From contig JBHELL010000091.1 in NCBI GenBank assembly GCA_046263075.1, forward strand, positions 1 to 32,378: 32,378 nt of DNA, read 5' to 3'. Both the position numbers and the translations under genes were made by a program. The stretch is from Actinomycetota bacterium. GTDB taxonomy: Bacteria > Actinomycetota > AC-67. Positions 7,249 to 15,330 of this stretch are shown in pieces (the stretch's first letter is position 1; each line of letters starts with the position of its first letter). The notes beneath the pieces were generated by a model. That model saw nothing but the letters and a program-made list of their open reading frames with translations. It did no database searches and was not told the DNA's origin.

Positions 7249-10173
7249 CTACGCCGTGCGCAGCCTGACCGCGTCGAAGGTTGCGGAGCCAGCCTGGCCG
7301 GCAACGACGACGACGACGTCCACGCTCGAGAACGACTTCGGGGCGGCGAAGCTTCGCTCGACGACCGTCCAGGGATGGGGCGCGCGATCTCCCGTGATCG
7401 GGATGGACGTTGCGGTTCCGTCCGTGTCGTGAAGGATCAACCGCACGCCGATCATGCCCCCGTTGGGGTTCGTCCCGGACGTACGCGTCGCGAACGAAAC
7501 GATGAAGCGCTGTCCCTTTCCGCCGGGGACTGCCAGATGCTGCGCCGCGGTCTTCGTCCCCCCGGCGAGGGTCAGGCTGGTCGACGCGTCGTACGTGAGG
7601 CTCGACACCAAGCCATCGGAGGAGCCGAAGCCGGCAGGCGCCCACGGCGCGAGGGTTCCCTCGAACGACGGGTTCGCGGACCAGGTACGCGTGAGCCGCA
7701 CGTCGTCGAACAGCGCGGTCCCCGCCTGCTGCGCGTACTCGACCGTCACCGTCGCCGACGTCCACGGCTTGAGCGCGTAGACGACACGCTCGCCGTAGGT
7801 CCAGTCGTGCGTGTCCTTCCCGAAGTCGAGCGAGGATATGGTCGAAGTGCCGTCTGAGTGATGCATCGCTATCGTCACACGGTTGGGACCACCGTTCGCA
7901 TCAGCACCGTTCGTTCGATCGAACGCGCTCAGCACGAAGCGCTCTCCACGGTTCGCCGCGAAGTGCACCGTTTGCGTGAGCGTCTTGGAGGCCGTCGTCC
8001 CATTCAACAGGAGCGCGCGCGAGCCGTCTCGCTTGTCGAGGGGCGTCACGCCATCGCCCGACGAGAGGCCCGATACCGTCCACCCCGTGTACGCGTGCTC
8101 GAACGATCCGTTGACGACGGGCGTCTCGACGAGCCGCACAGCGTCGAAGTAGGTCTCGCCGGTCTGATTCACGAACCGCGCGGCGACCGCGATGCTCGAA
8201 AGCGGCTTCGCCGCCGTCACGAACGAGGTTTCTGCATACGTCCATGCGTGCTGCGCGCGCGGGAAGGCAACGCCCGCGACGCTCACCGAGCCGTCGGCGT
8301 AGGTCGCGGTCGCGACGACGTCGACCGGGCCTCCCGAGCTCGCCGTCGATGCCGACCGGTTCCAGGCGCCGAGCGTGAATGCCCGGGCGGCGCCGCCGCC
8401 GAACGCAACCGTCTGCGTCACGGTTTTCGATCCGCCCCCGGTGAGGCGGAACGAGCGAACCCCGTCGCGCGCGTCCGCCTTGGAGTAGCCATCGCCGGTC
8501 GCGAGGTTGCCTCCGTGCCATGCGAGGGGGTTCTCGAAGGAGCCGTTCGTCAACGTGTCGGGAGCTTCACCGATCCACGGAGTGAGTACCTGCACGTTGA
8601 CTCCGAAGGTGAGCCCCATGTCCGATATCCCGTCGGCCACCATCACGAACCGCTGCGTGTACACACCCGGCGCCACCGTTGCGGCGTCGAGCGGGATGCG
8701 GAACTCGGCGACCTGGCCGGGCAGCACGGTCTTGCTCGCCGGTGCACTGACGTTCGAGGCGACGCCCGTCACGCGGCTCGACGAGATCCAGGATGACGCG
8801 CGGAACCGAGATGCCGATGGGACCGCAACGCGAACCGGACCGCCGACGGGCCATGCAGCGGTTCCCGTGTTCTTCACGCGCGCGATGGCAGTCGTCGCGT
8901 CGCCGGCCATGACCGAGACCGACGACGGAAGGCTCGACGTTTCGCCTCGCCAGTACTGAGGCGCGAACCAGTTCGAGCGGACGCCGTTCGCGCGCGCGGG
9001 CCACGCGAACGGATCCATGAAACCCCATCCACTTACCGTGACCGTAGCCGCGGTGCCGACGATGTTCATGCTGGTGACGCGTCCGCCCCAGTCGCCGTGA
9101 CCGTTCCGTTGCGTAACGGTCAGATCGACGAGCCGTCCGATCGACGGCCATGCCGCTTCGATGTCCGACGCGTGCAGCGTCGACGTCCAGTCGTGCACAG
9201 GGCTCGCCGAGTCACCTGCATCGGGCACGGCTTGCTCGTACGCCACCGTGCCCGGCGCGCTGTACCCACCCGTTGACGACGAGTATTCGGCGAGGATCGG
9301 CTTCCCGCCGTACGTGAGGATGACTCCCCGCGTCGCGTCGACCGCGGCGTTCGAGGACGGCGCTTCGAGGTAGGTGATGCTCCCTGAGACGCTCGACTTG
9401 TATCCGAACCCGCCGAAGACCTGGCACGAGGTGGTCGCGCAGATGTCGAACATCGTTCCGGCCGCGCGCGCGGCATCCTTCTTGTACGCGGCGTACGTGC
9501 GCGACGCGACCGCTTGCGCTTTCAGCTCTTCGGCGGGCCACGACGACGGAGACTCGCGCGGAACGACTTCGTAGGAGTATTGCTCGAGCGTCGGCTCGTC
9601 GATCGATCGCATCCCGTCGGCAGACGAGTAGCGCGCGATGATCTTGCCTCGGTAGTACCGCACCGTGCCCGAGTTGAAGACGAGCTGCAGCATCTGCGAT
9701 CCGGGTGAGAAAACGATGTAGTACGCGCTGGTGCCGACCAGCGTCCACGGCCCGTTCCACGCAGCTGCTCTCTGCAGGTTGTACTTCGAGCCGTCGTAGG
9801 TCACGCGCATGAACGGAGATGCGCTCGACGACGTCGCAGCCGCGGCGCCGTTCGACCACGCTGCGGTGAACGGCTGGTCTGCGGTGACGACGGTGTCGTT
9901 CGAACGCTCGACGAGCACCCGGATCGTTTCCGCCGCGCGCGTCGCGACCGTCACGTTGGAGTAGTAGTGCGTGACGATGTCACGCCAGGTTGAACCGGCA
10001 TCCGCCATGCCCTTCGCGCCCCACTGGCCCATCCCCCGGCCGTGGCCCCAGCCATGTCCCGGCACGAGGATGGTGGCCGATTCGGGCAGCGGCACCGCGG
10101 TCGCTGCGCGCGCGGACGGCAGGATACCCGTCAGCAACATCACTGCGACGACGACGAAGATACGACGCGGCAA
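7249..10173 (-). CDS. Secreted SpoIID/LytB-domain protein with an Ig-like domain and three C-terminal CBM4_9-like modules
   Basis: ORF 7249..10173, 974 aa. TTG start lies 5-6 nt after a GGGGAGGGG Shine-Dalgarno. Signal peptide MPRRIFVVVAVMLLTGILPSARA/AT. SpoIID signatures GHGWGHGRGMGQWGAKGMA, EELKAQAVASRTYA, FDICATTSCQVF, AEYSSSTGG. Residues ~410-530 resemble an NBR1/CARDB-like beta-sandwich (ARVKNTGTAAWP). Residues 540-974 form three repeats. Confidence 0.85.
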   Translation of the reverse strand: MPRRIFVVVAVMLLTGILPSARAATAVPLPESATILVPGHGWGHGRGMGQWGAKGMADAGSTWRDIVTHYYSNVTVATRAAETIRVLVERSNDTVVTADQPFTAAWSNGAAAATSSSASPFMRVTYDGSKYNLQRAAAWNGPWTLVGTSAYYIVFSPGSQMLQLVFNSGTVRYYRGKIIARYSSADGMRSIDEPTLEQYSYEVVPRESPSSWPAEELKAQAVASRTYAAYKKDAARAAGTMFDICATTSCQVFGGFGYKSSVSGSITYLEAPSSNAAVDATRGVILTYGGKPILAEYSSSTGGYSAPGTVAYEQAVPDAGDSASPVHDWTSTLHASDIEAAWPSIGRLVDLTVTQRNGHGDWGGRVTSMNIVGTAATVTVSGWGFMDPFAWPARANGVRSNWFAPQYWRGETSSLPSSVSVMAGDATTAIARVKNTGTAAWPVGGPVRVAVPSASRFRASSWISSSRVTGVASNVSAPASKTVLPGQVAEFRIPLDAATVAPGVYTQRFVMVADGISDMGLTFGVNVQVLTPWIGEAPDTLTNGSFENPLAWHGGNLATGDGYSKADARDGVRSFRLTGGGSKTVTQTVAFGGGAARAFTLGAWNRSASTASSGGPVDVVATATYADGSVSVAGVAFPRAQHAWTYAETSFVTAAKPLSSIAVAARFVNQTGETYFDAVRLVETPVVNGSFEHAYTGWTVSGLSSGDGVTPLDKRDGSRALLLNGTTASKTLTQTVHFAANRGERFVLSAFDRTNGADANGGPNRVTIAMHHSDGTSTISSLDFGKDTHDWTYGERVVYALKPWTSATVTVEYAQQAGTALFDDVRLTRTWSANPSFEGTLAPWAPAGFGSSDGLVSSLTYDASTSLTLAGGTKTAAQHLAVPGGKGQRFIVSFATRTSGTNPNGGMIGVRLILHDTDGTATSIPITGDRAPHPWTVVERSFAAPKSFSSVDVVVVVAGQAGSATFDAVRLRTA
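7252..8556 (-). repeat. Three tandem ~145-aa protein-level repeats (CBM4_9-like) inside the SpoIID-domain gene
   Basis: The repeats start NGSFENPLAW / NGSFEHAYTGW / NPSFEGTLAPW. Each contains DG(V/S)R.(F/L).L.G...T.TQ and a conserved HxWT(Y/V).E. Each ends FDAVRLVE / FDDVRLTR / FDAVRLRT. Residues ~540-684, 686-829 and 832-973. Confidence 0.8.
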
Positions 10174-10261
10174 AAGCCCCTCCCCAGGGGTTCCCCTCGA
10201 CAGATCGGGCCGGATGGGCCCTCGTGACTGACTTCGGCCGCGGCCGGACGGCGCTTAAGGG

Positions 10262-10298
10262 ACAGGTGTGCGCGCGTTCACCAACAGATGACACCTGT
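10262..10298 (-). other. 8-bp inverted repeat (ACAGGTGT ... ACACCTGT, 21-nt loop) in the 166-nt leader of the SpoIID-domain gene
   Basis: Read directly: acaggtgt at 10262-10269 and acacctgt at 10291-10298. The leader also contains the GGCCGCGGCC palindrome and GGGGAACCCCUGGGGAGGGG next to the RBS. Confidence 0.3.
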
Positions 10299-10339
10299 GA
10301 CAGCCAGCCTGGGATGAAGCGGACATACCGCCCGCCGGA

Positions 10340-11119
10340 TCAGGTGTTGTTCGCGCCCGTCCGCTGGATGAGGTCCGCGGTCGCGATCAGGGAGTCGGTG
10401 CTCGTGCCGGCGTCTCGCCACCATCCATCGAGGAAGTGGTGCTTGAGCGTTCCGGCTCGGACGTAGTGGTTGTTCACGTCCGTGATCTCGTACTCGCCGC
10501 GCGCGCTCGGCTGCAGGTTCGCGATGACGTCGAAAACCGAGGAGTCGTACATGTAGATGCCCGTCACGGCGTAACGGCTCGGCGCCGGGCCCGGCGCGAG
10601 GATCCCCGGCTTCTCGATGATCTCGACGATCGCGCCCGTGTCGTCGAAGCGCGGGACACCGAACCGCTCCGGATCGTCCACTTCCTTCAGGACGATCGCC
10701 GCTGCACCGTGCGGCTCCTTCTCGAACTGTTGCACCGGTTCGATGATGTTGCGTTCGATGATGTTGTCACCCAGCACGACGACGAACTTCTCATCCGGAT
10801 GGATGAAAGAATGCGCAAGGCCGACGGCTTGGGCGATCCCGCCTGCAGCCGTCTGCACGCGGTACGTGATCTCGAGGTCGAACAGCTGATCGTCTCCGTC
10901 GCGCGTCGCGAGGCAACCATCCCCGAGGAGGTCGATGAAATCTCCTGCGTGACGCTGGCCCGTGACGATCATGACTTCGCGTACGCCGGCAAGCTCGAGC
11001 ATCTTGAGCGGATAGAAGATCATCGGGTACGCACCGGCCGGCAGCAGGTGCTTGTTCGTGATGCGCGTCAGCTCGCCGAGGCGGGTCGCTTCACCGCCTG
11101 CGCAGACGACCCCTTTCAC
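10340..11119 (-). CDS. rmlA: Glucose-1-phosphate thymidylyltransferase-like sugar nucleotidyltransferase
   Basis: Within ORF 10340..11167. GTG 11119 overlaps the rmlB stop (GTGA). N-terminal VKGVVCAGGEATRLGELTRITNKHLLP...PMIFYPL matches the GGxGTRL/KxLLP nucleotidyltransferase signature. 259 aa. Substrate is inferred from coupling to rmlB. Confidence 0.75.
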   Translation of the reverse strand: MKGVVCAGGEATRLGELTRITNKHLLPAGAYPMIFYPLKMLELAGVREVMIVTGQRHAGDFIDLLGDGCLATRDGDDQLFDLEITYRVQTAAGGIAQAVGLAHSFIHPDEKFVVVLGDNIIERNIIEPVQQFEKEPHGAAAIVLKEVDDPERFGVPRFDDTGAIVEIIEKPGILAPGPAPSRYAVTGIYMYDSSVFDVIANLQPSARGEYEITDVNNHYVRAGTLKHHFLDGWWRDAGTSTDSLIATADLIQRTGANNT

Positions 11120-12084
11120 GCGTGCTCCTTCAACGGCCGCCACCAGTCTTCCCGCGCGCGGTACCACTCGATCGTATCGGCGAGCCGCTCTTCGACGGTG
11201 TGCGCCGGGGCCCAGCCGAGCGCGCGGATCTTGCTCGAGTCGACCGCATATCGGAAGTCGTGCCCCGGCCGGTCGGGGACGGGCTCGATCATCGCGTCAT
11301 CGAGATCGAACGCCGCGCAGATCGCTCGCGCGAGCTCGATGTTCGGAAGCTGCGCGTCGGCGCCGATGTTGTAGATCTCGCCGGGCGTCCCCCGCTGGGT
11401 GAGCAGGTGGATCGCGGCGCAATGATCGGTGACGTACAGCCAATCGCGCTCGTTCTTGCCGTCTCCGTACAGCGGGATCTTCTTCCCCGCCAAGAGGTTC
11501 GTAACGAACAGCGGTATCGCCTTCTCGGGGAATTGATACGGGCCGTAGTTGTTCGTACACCGACTGATGATCACGTTGAACCCGTAGGTGACGCCGTACG
11601 CTTGCACCAGCAGATCCGCACCCGCTTTCGAGGCGGAATACGGAGACGAGGGCCGCAGCGGGTCGTCCTCGCGCGCGAAACCCGTTTCGATGGATCCATA
11701 CACCTCGTCCGTCGACACGTGCAGGAATCGCTCGATCCCGGCAGTGCGCGCGGCATCGAGCAAGACATTCGTTCCCCCGATATTCGTCTCGAGGAAGACG
11801 GCGGGACCGGTGATCGACCGATCGACGTGCGTTTCTGCCGCGAAATTGACTACGACGTCGTGATCGCAGATGAGCTCGCTCACGAACGCCGCGTCCCGGA
11901 TATCCCCGTGCACGAACGTGTGACCATCGAAGCGATCGAGCTCGTCGACCGTCGCGCGAATGCCTGCGTACGTGAGCAGATCGAGATTGGTGACGCGCGC
12001 GCCCGGCTCGTTCTCGAATAGGTATCGAACGAAGTTGGACCCGATGAATCCGGCGCCGCCGGTAACGAGATAACGGCGGCTCAT
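11116..12084 (-). CDS. rmlB: dTDP-glucose 4,6-dehydratase
   Basis: Within ORF 11116..12183, starting at ATG 12084 (MSRRYLVTGGAGFIGSNF). STDEVYG, YSASKAGADLL (YxxxK), DGKNERDWLYVTDH. 322 aa. The ORF stretch upstream of this ATG is lower in GC and looks non-coding. Confidence 0.9.
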   Translation of the reverse strand: MSRRYLVTGGAGFIGSNFVRYLFENEPGARVTNLDLLTYAGIRATVDELDRFDGHTFVHGDIRDAAFVSELICDHDVVVNFAAETHVDRSITGPAVFLETNIGGTNVLLDAARTAGIERFLHVSTDEVYGSIETGFAREDDPLRPSSPYSASKAGADLLVQAYGVTYGFNVIISRCTNNYGPYQFPEKAIPLFVTNLLAGKKIPLYGDGKNERDWLYVTDHCAAIHLLTQRGTPGEIYNIGADAQLPNIELARAICAAFDLDDAMIEPVPDRPGHDFRYAVDSSKIRALGWAPAHTVEERLADTIEWYRAREDWWRPLKEHA

Positions 12085-12212
12085 CGATCTGCGCAACGAG
12101 TCGTCACGGCCGACTACCTTATCAGTCTCGGCTTCTTCGCATGCCTTCGTCTTTGACCCTATGATGACCCGCGACATCGTCATCCGCGGGAGCGAACCGC
12201 GGGCTCCGGCCC

Positions 12213-12219
12213 GAAGGAG
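12213..12219 (+). promoter_or_regulatory. Shine-Dalgarno (GAAGGAG) for the 1034-aa glycosyltransferase, 6 nt before its TTG start
   Basis: Read directly: ccGAAGGAGtcaccaTTG. Confidence 0.6.
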
Positions 12220-12225
12220 TCACCA

Positions 12226-15200
12226 TTGAGCAACGGCGGCGACGCGCCGCGCGATCACCTCGAAGCGCTGCGGTTCGAGATCCGATCGCTGACGTCGAAG
12301 CTCCTGACGGCCGAGCATAAGGTCCGTGTCCTCGAGGCACAGAGCGAACAGCTGAAGCGTAAGTACGACGGTCTCCAAAGTCGCCGCGTAGTCCGTTATG
12401 GCCTTACGGCCTCGCGCGCTGTGAAACCCGTGTTGCGGCCCTTCTACCGGCTCTACAAGAAGGCCACGAAGCGGCGCACGAAGATCCGTCCCTACCAAGG
12501 TGCCGGAACGTACCGTCTGCGTCCGGCACCCGAGCCACCCCCACAACGAACCGAGATGGAGCTCGTCGAAAACATCCGTGCGTTGCGGCCGAACACGTGG
12601 CCGGCGGAAGGGCCGCTCGTTTCGATCATCGTCCTTACGCGCGACGGCCGCCATCACATGGAGCGACTGCTCGGTGGGTTACGTGATCGCACGGCGTACC
12701 GCTCGTTCGAGCTGATCGTGGTCGACAACGGCTCGACGGATGGAACGGCCGAGCTTCTCGCAGCCGATCATGGCTTCCCGATCACGGTCATCCGCAACGA
12801 GCACAACGCCACGTTCTCCGACGGGAACAACCAAGGTGTCGACGCCGCGCGGGGCGACCTCATCTTGTTGCTCAACAATGATGTCGATCCGATCAACGAG
12901 GGTTGGCTCGGAGCGATGGTGGCTTCGTTCTCCGAGGAACCCGCACCGGCCGCCGTGGGTGCGTTGTTGATCTACCCGGGCCGGCCGAAAGAGCTCGATC
13001 TGAGGGGTGACACGACCTACCCAGATCTCAGCGTCCAGCATCGAGGCATCGGGTTCACGCTCGCCGAAGGTGTGCGCGCGGTGAACCTCGGGGGCGGGGC
13101 GGATCCGGTCCCTCCGACGCTGGCGCGCTCGCGCTCGGCGCCGGCGGTGACGGCTGCGTGCCTGATGGTGCTCGCGTCGACGTATCGCGACGTCGGCGGC
13201 CTCACCACCGGCTACGTGTACGGAACGGAAGACGTCGATCTCTGCGTCAAGCTGCGCGCGCGCGGCGGGGAGATCTCCGTCTGCGGCCAAGCTGCCCTGT
13301 TCCATCACGAGCTCGGTACGCAGAAGACCGTCGAGCGCGAGGAAAAACGCGACAACCGTCTCGCGAACAGGCGCCTTTTCGCCGAGCGATGGGGCGCCGC
13401 ACTTACGCGCTCGATCTTGGTCGACCGGCTCCACGCGAACGGCCGGTGGACGGCCGATTCGATCCGCACGGTCGCGATCACACTGACGAAGGATGACCCG
13501 GAAGCCGGGTGGGGCGACTGGCACACGGCACACGAGCTCGGCGACGCGCTGTCGGCGCAAGGATGGCACGTCATCTACATCGAGGCGTTCCAAGAGCGGT
13601 GGTATTCGCTGCCGACGGACCTCGACATGATCATCGTCCTGCTCGATCGCTTCGACATCCGGCGCGCGCCGCGCGGGGCATTCACGATCGCGTGGATCCG
13701 CAACTGGCTCGACCGTTGGATGGCGGCGCCGTGGATCAACGATTTCGATCTCATCGTCACATCGAGCCACGTCGCGGCGAACGACGTGCGCGAGCAGACG
13801 CGTCACGAGCCGGTCGTCCTGCCGCTCTGCACCAACCCGGTTCGGTTCCGGCAGCTGCCTCCGAAGCCCGGTCTCGCGTGCGATTACACCTTCACCGGCA
13901 ACAACTGGGGACACGGGCGGAAGTTCCTCGAGCTGCTCGACGTGCGACCGGAGGAGACCTTCTATCTCTTCGGGAGAGGATGGGACGGCGCCGGCGAGCT
14001 CGCACCGTACGTTCGGGGCTACCTCGAGTATTGGCGTCTGCCCGAGCTCTACAGCTCGGCGAAGATCGTCATCGACGACACGGCCGCCCCGACGCGTCCA
14101 TACGGCTTCTTGAACCTCCGCGTCTTCGAGGCGATCGCGAGCGGCGCGCTGGTCGTAACCGACAACGTGATCGGGTCCCAGGAAGTATTCGACGGCCTAT
14201 TGCCGACGTATTCGTCGGCGGCGGACCTCCGCGAGCAGCTCGATCGATATCTCGGGGACGAGGAGCTGCGGCTGAAGACGGTCGAGACTCTGCGAGAGAT
14301 CGTGATGCAGCGACACACCTACGAGCATCGCGCGACGCAGTTCGTCGAAGCCGCCGAGAAGCAGATGCAACGGCCCAGGGTCGCGCTCAAGATCGGCCCT
14401 CCCGACCACAAGGTCGCGGAACAGTGGGGGGACACGCACTTCGCGCGCCAGTTCGCGCGCGCCTTGCGAGATGTCGGATACCCGACCGAGATCCACATCC
14501 TGCCGGAGTGGGACGGCGAGCACGAGCAAGCGGTGGATGTCGTCGTGCATCTGCGCGGGTTGTCGACGTACGTGACGAAGCCGGGTCACCTCAACGTCCT
14601 GTGGATCATCAGCCATCCCGAAGACGTGGATCCGAAGGAATGCGAGATGTTCGATGTCGTGTTCGTCGCGTCGAGCCGATTCGCCGACGAGCTGCGCGCG
14701 AAGGTGAACGTGCCCGTTCACGTCATGCATCAAGCGACCGATACAACGCGCTTCAGGCCTGTCGAGCCCGACCGCGATCTCGCCGCTGAGGTGCTCTTCG
14801 TCGGCAACTCGCGTGGACAACGGCGGCCCGCGGTCGATTGGGCGATCGCCGCGGAAGCGCCGATCACGGTGTACGGCTCGGCGTGGGACGATCTCATCCC
14901 GAAGCGCTACGTGAAGGACACGTACTTCCCGAACGAGATGCTCGCCACGTTGTATTCGTCGGCCGACATCCTCCTGAACGATCACTGGCCCGACATGCGC
15001 GACGCCGGGATCATCTCGAACCGCATCTTCGACGCGCTGGCGTGCGGCACGTTCGTGCTATCCGACTCGGTCGTCGGGATCGAAGAGATCTTCGGCGAAG
15101 CCGTCCCCGTCTTCCGTGACGAAGATGAGTTCCGCGCGATGCTCGACAAGTACCGGGCGGACCCGAAGGAACGGCGCCGGCTCGCGACGCTCGGCATGGA

Positions 15201-15330
15201 GATCGTGCGCCGCGGTCATTCGTTCGACGCGCGCGCGCGCCAGTTCCAGGAGATCGTGGGACCGCTGCTCGCGAAGCGCGCACTGACGATCGAAGAGATG
15301 CCGGCGAAGGACGCGCGCGCTCAGATCTGA
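12226..15330 (+). CDS. Trimodular glycosyltransferase: N-terminal coiled coil + GT2 domain + two CgeB-like (Glyco_trans_1_2 type) modules
   Basis: ORF 12226..15330, 1034 aa, TTG start. Heptad-like stretch in residues ~10-50 (LEALRFEIRSLTSKLLTAEHKVRVLEAQSEQLKRKYDGL). GT2 motifs VSIIVLTRDG, VVDNGSTDGT, LLLNNDVDP, GTEDVDLC. Two homologous modules follow, ending ...LNLRVFEAIASGALVVTDNV...HTYEHRATQFVE and ...ISNRIFDALACGTFVLSDSV...HSFDARARQFQE. Confidence 0.85.
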   Translation: MSNGGDAPRDHLEALRFEIRSLTSKLLTAEHKVRVLEAQSEQLKRKYDGLQSRRVVRYGLTASRAVKPVLRPFYRLYKKATKRRTKIRPYQGAGTYRLRPAPEPPPQRTEMELVENIRALRPNTWPAEGPLVSIIVLTRDGRHHMERLLGGLRDRTAYRSFELIVVDNGSTDGTAELLAADHGFPITVIRNEHNATFSDGNNQGVDAARGDLILLLNNDVDPINEGWLGAMVASFSEEPAPAAVGALLIYPGRPKELDLRGDTTYPDLSVQHRGIGFTLAEGVRAVNLGGGADPVPPTLARSRSAPAVTAACLMVLASTYRDVGGLTTGYVYGTEDVDLCVKLRARGGEISVCGQAALFHHELGTQKTVEREEKRDNRLANRRLFAERWGAALTRSILVDRLHANGRWTADSIRTVAITLTKDDPEAGWGDWHTAHELGDALSAQGWHVIYIEAFQERWYSLPTDLDMIIVLLDRFDIRRAPRGAFTIAWIRNWLDRWMAAPWINDFDLIVTSSHVAANDVREQTRHEPVVLPLCTNPVRFRQLPPKPGLACDYTFTGNNWGHGRKFLELLDVRPEETFYLFGRGWDGAGELAPYVRGYLEYWRLPELYSSAKIVIDDTAAPTRPYGFLNLRVFEAIASGALVVTDNVIGSQEVFDGLLPTYSSAADLREQLDRYLGDEELRLKTVETLREIVMQRHTYEHRATQFVEAAEKQMQRPRVALKIGPPDHKVAEQWGDTHFARQFARALRDVGYPTEIHILPEWDGEHEQAVDVVVHLRGLSTYVTKPGHLNVLWIISHPEDVDPKECEMFDVVFVASSRFADELRAKVNVPVHVMHQATDTTRFRPVEPDRDLAAEVLFVGNSRGQRRPAVDWAIAAEAPITVYGSAWDDLIPKRYVKDTYFPNEMLATLYSSADILLNDHWPDMRDAGIISNRIFDALACGTFVLSDSVVGIEEIFGEAVPVFRDEDEFRAMLDKYRADPKERRRLATLGMEIVRRGHSFDARARQFQEIVGPLLAKRALTIEEMPAKDARAQI
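13465..15270 (+). repeat. Internal duplication (two ~300-aa CgeB-like modules) within the trimodular glycosyltransferase
   Basis: Residues ~414-712 and ~718-1015 align by eye: VAITLTKDDPEAGWGDWHTAHELGDALSAQGW vs VALKIGPPDHKVAEQWGDTHFARQFARALRDVGY, FTGNNWG vs FVGNSRG, ELYSSAKIVID vs TLYSSADILLND. Confidence 0.7.
15321..15330. other. Perfect 10-bp palindrome TCAGATCTGA holding the stop codons of two convergent genes
   Basis: Read directly. Plus strand: ...CAG ATC TGA (Q I stop) of the trimodular GT. Minus strand: ...CAG ATC TGA (Q I stop) of the YfhO-like gene. Confidence 0.95.

Noticed and set aside
10174-10339. A ydaO/c-di-AMP-type or other known riboswitch upstream of the SpoIID-domain gene
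   Set aside because: I could not find the conserved ydaO core sequences as I recall them, or any other consensus I recognise. Only generic GC-rich hairpins are present. I kept it as a low-interest structured-leader observation.
12679-14985. ORFs 12679..13914 (-), 13509..14789 (+, off-frame) and 14197..14985 (-) inside the trimodular glycosyltransferase gene
   Set aside because: These are shadow or off-frame ORFs with Arg/Pro/Ala-rich composition. The 12226..15330 frame carries coherent GT2 and CgeB-like motifs along its whole length.
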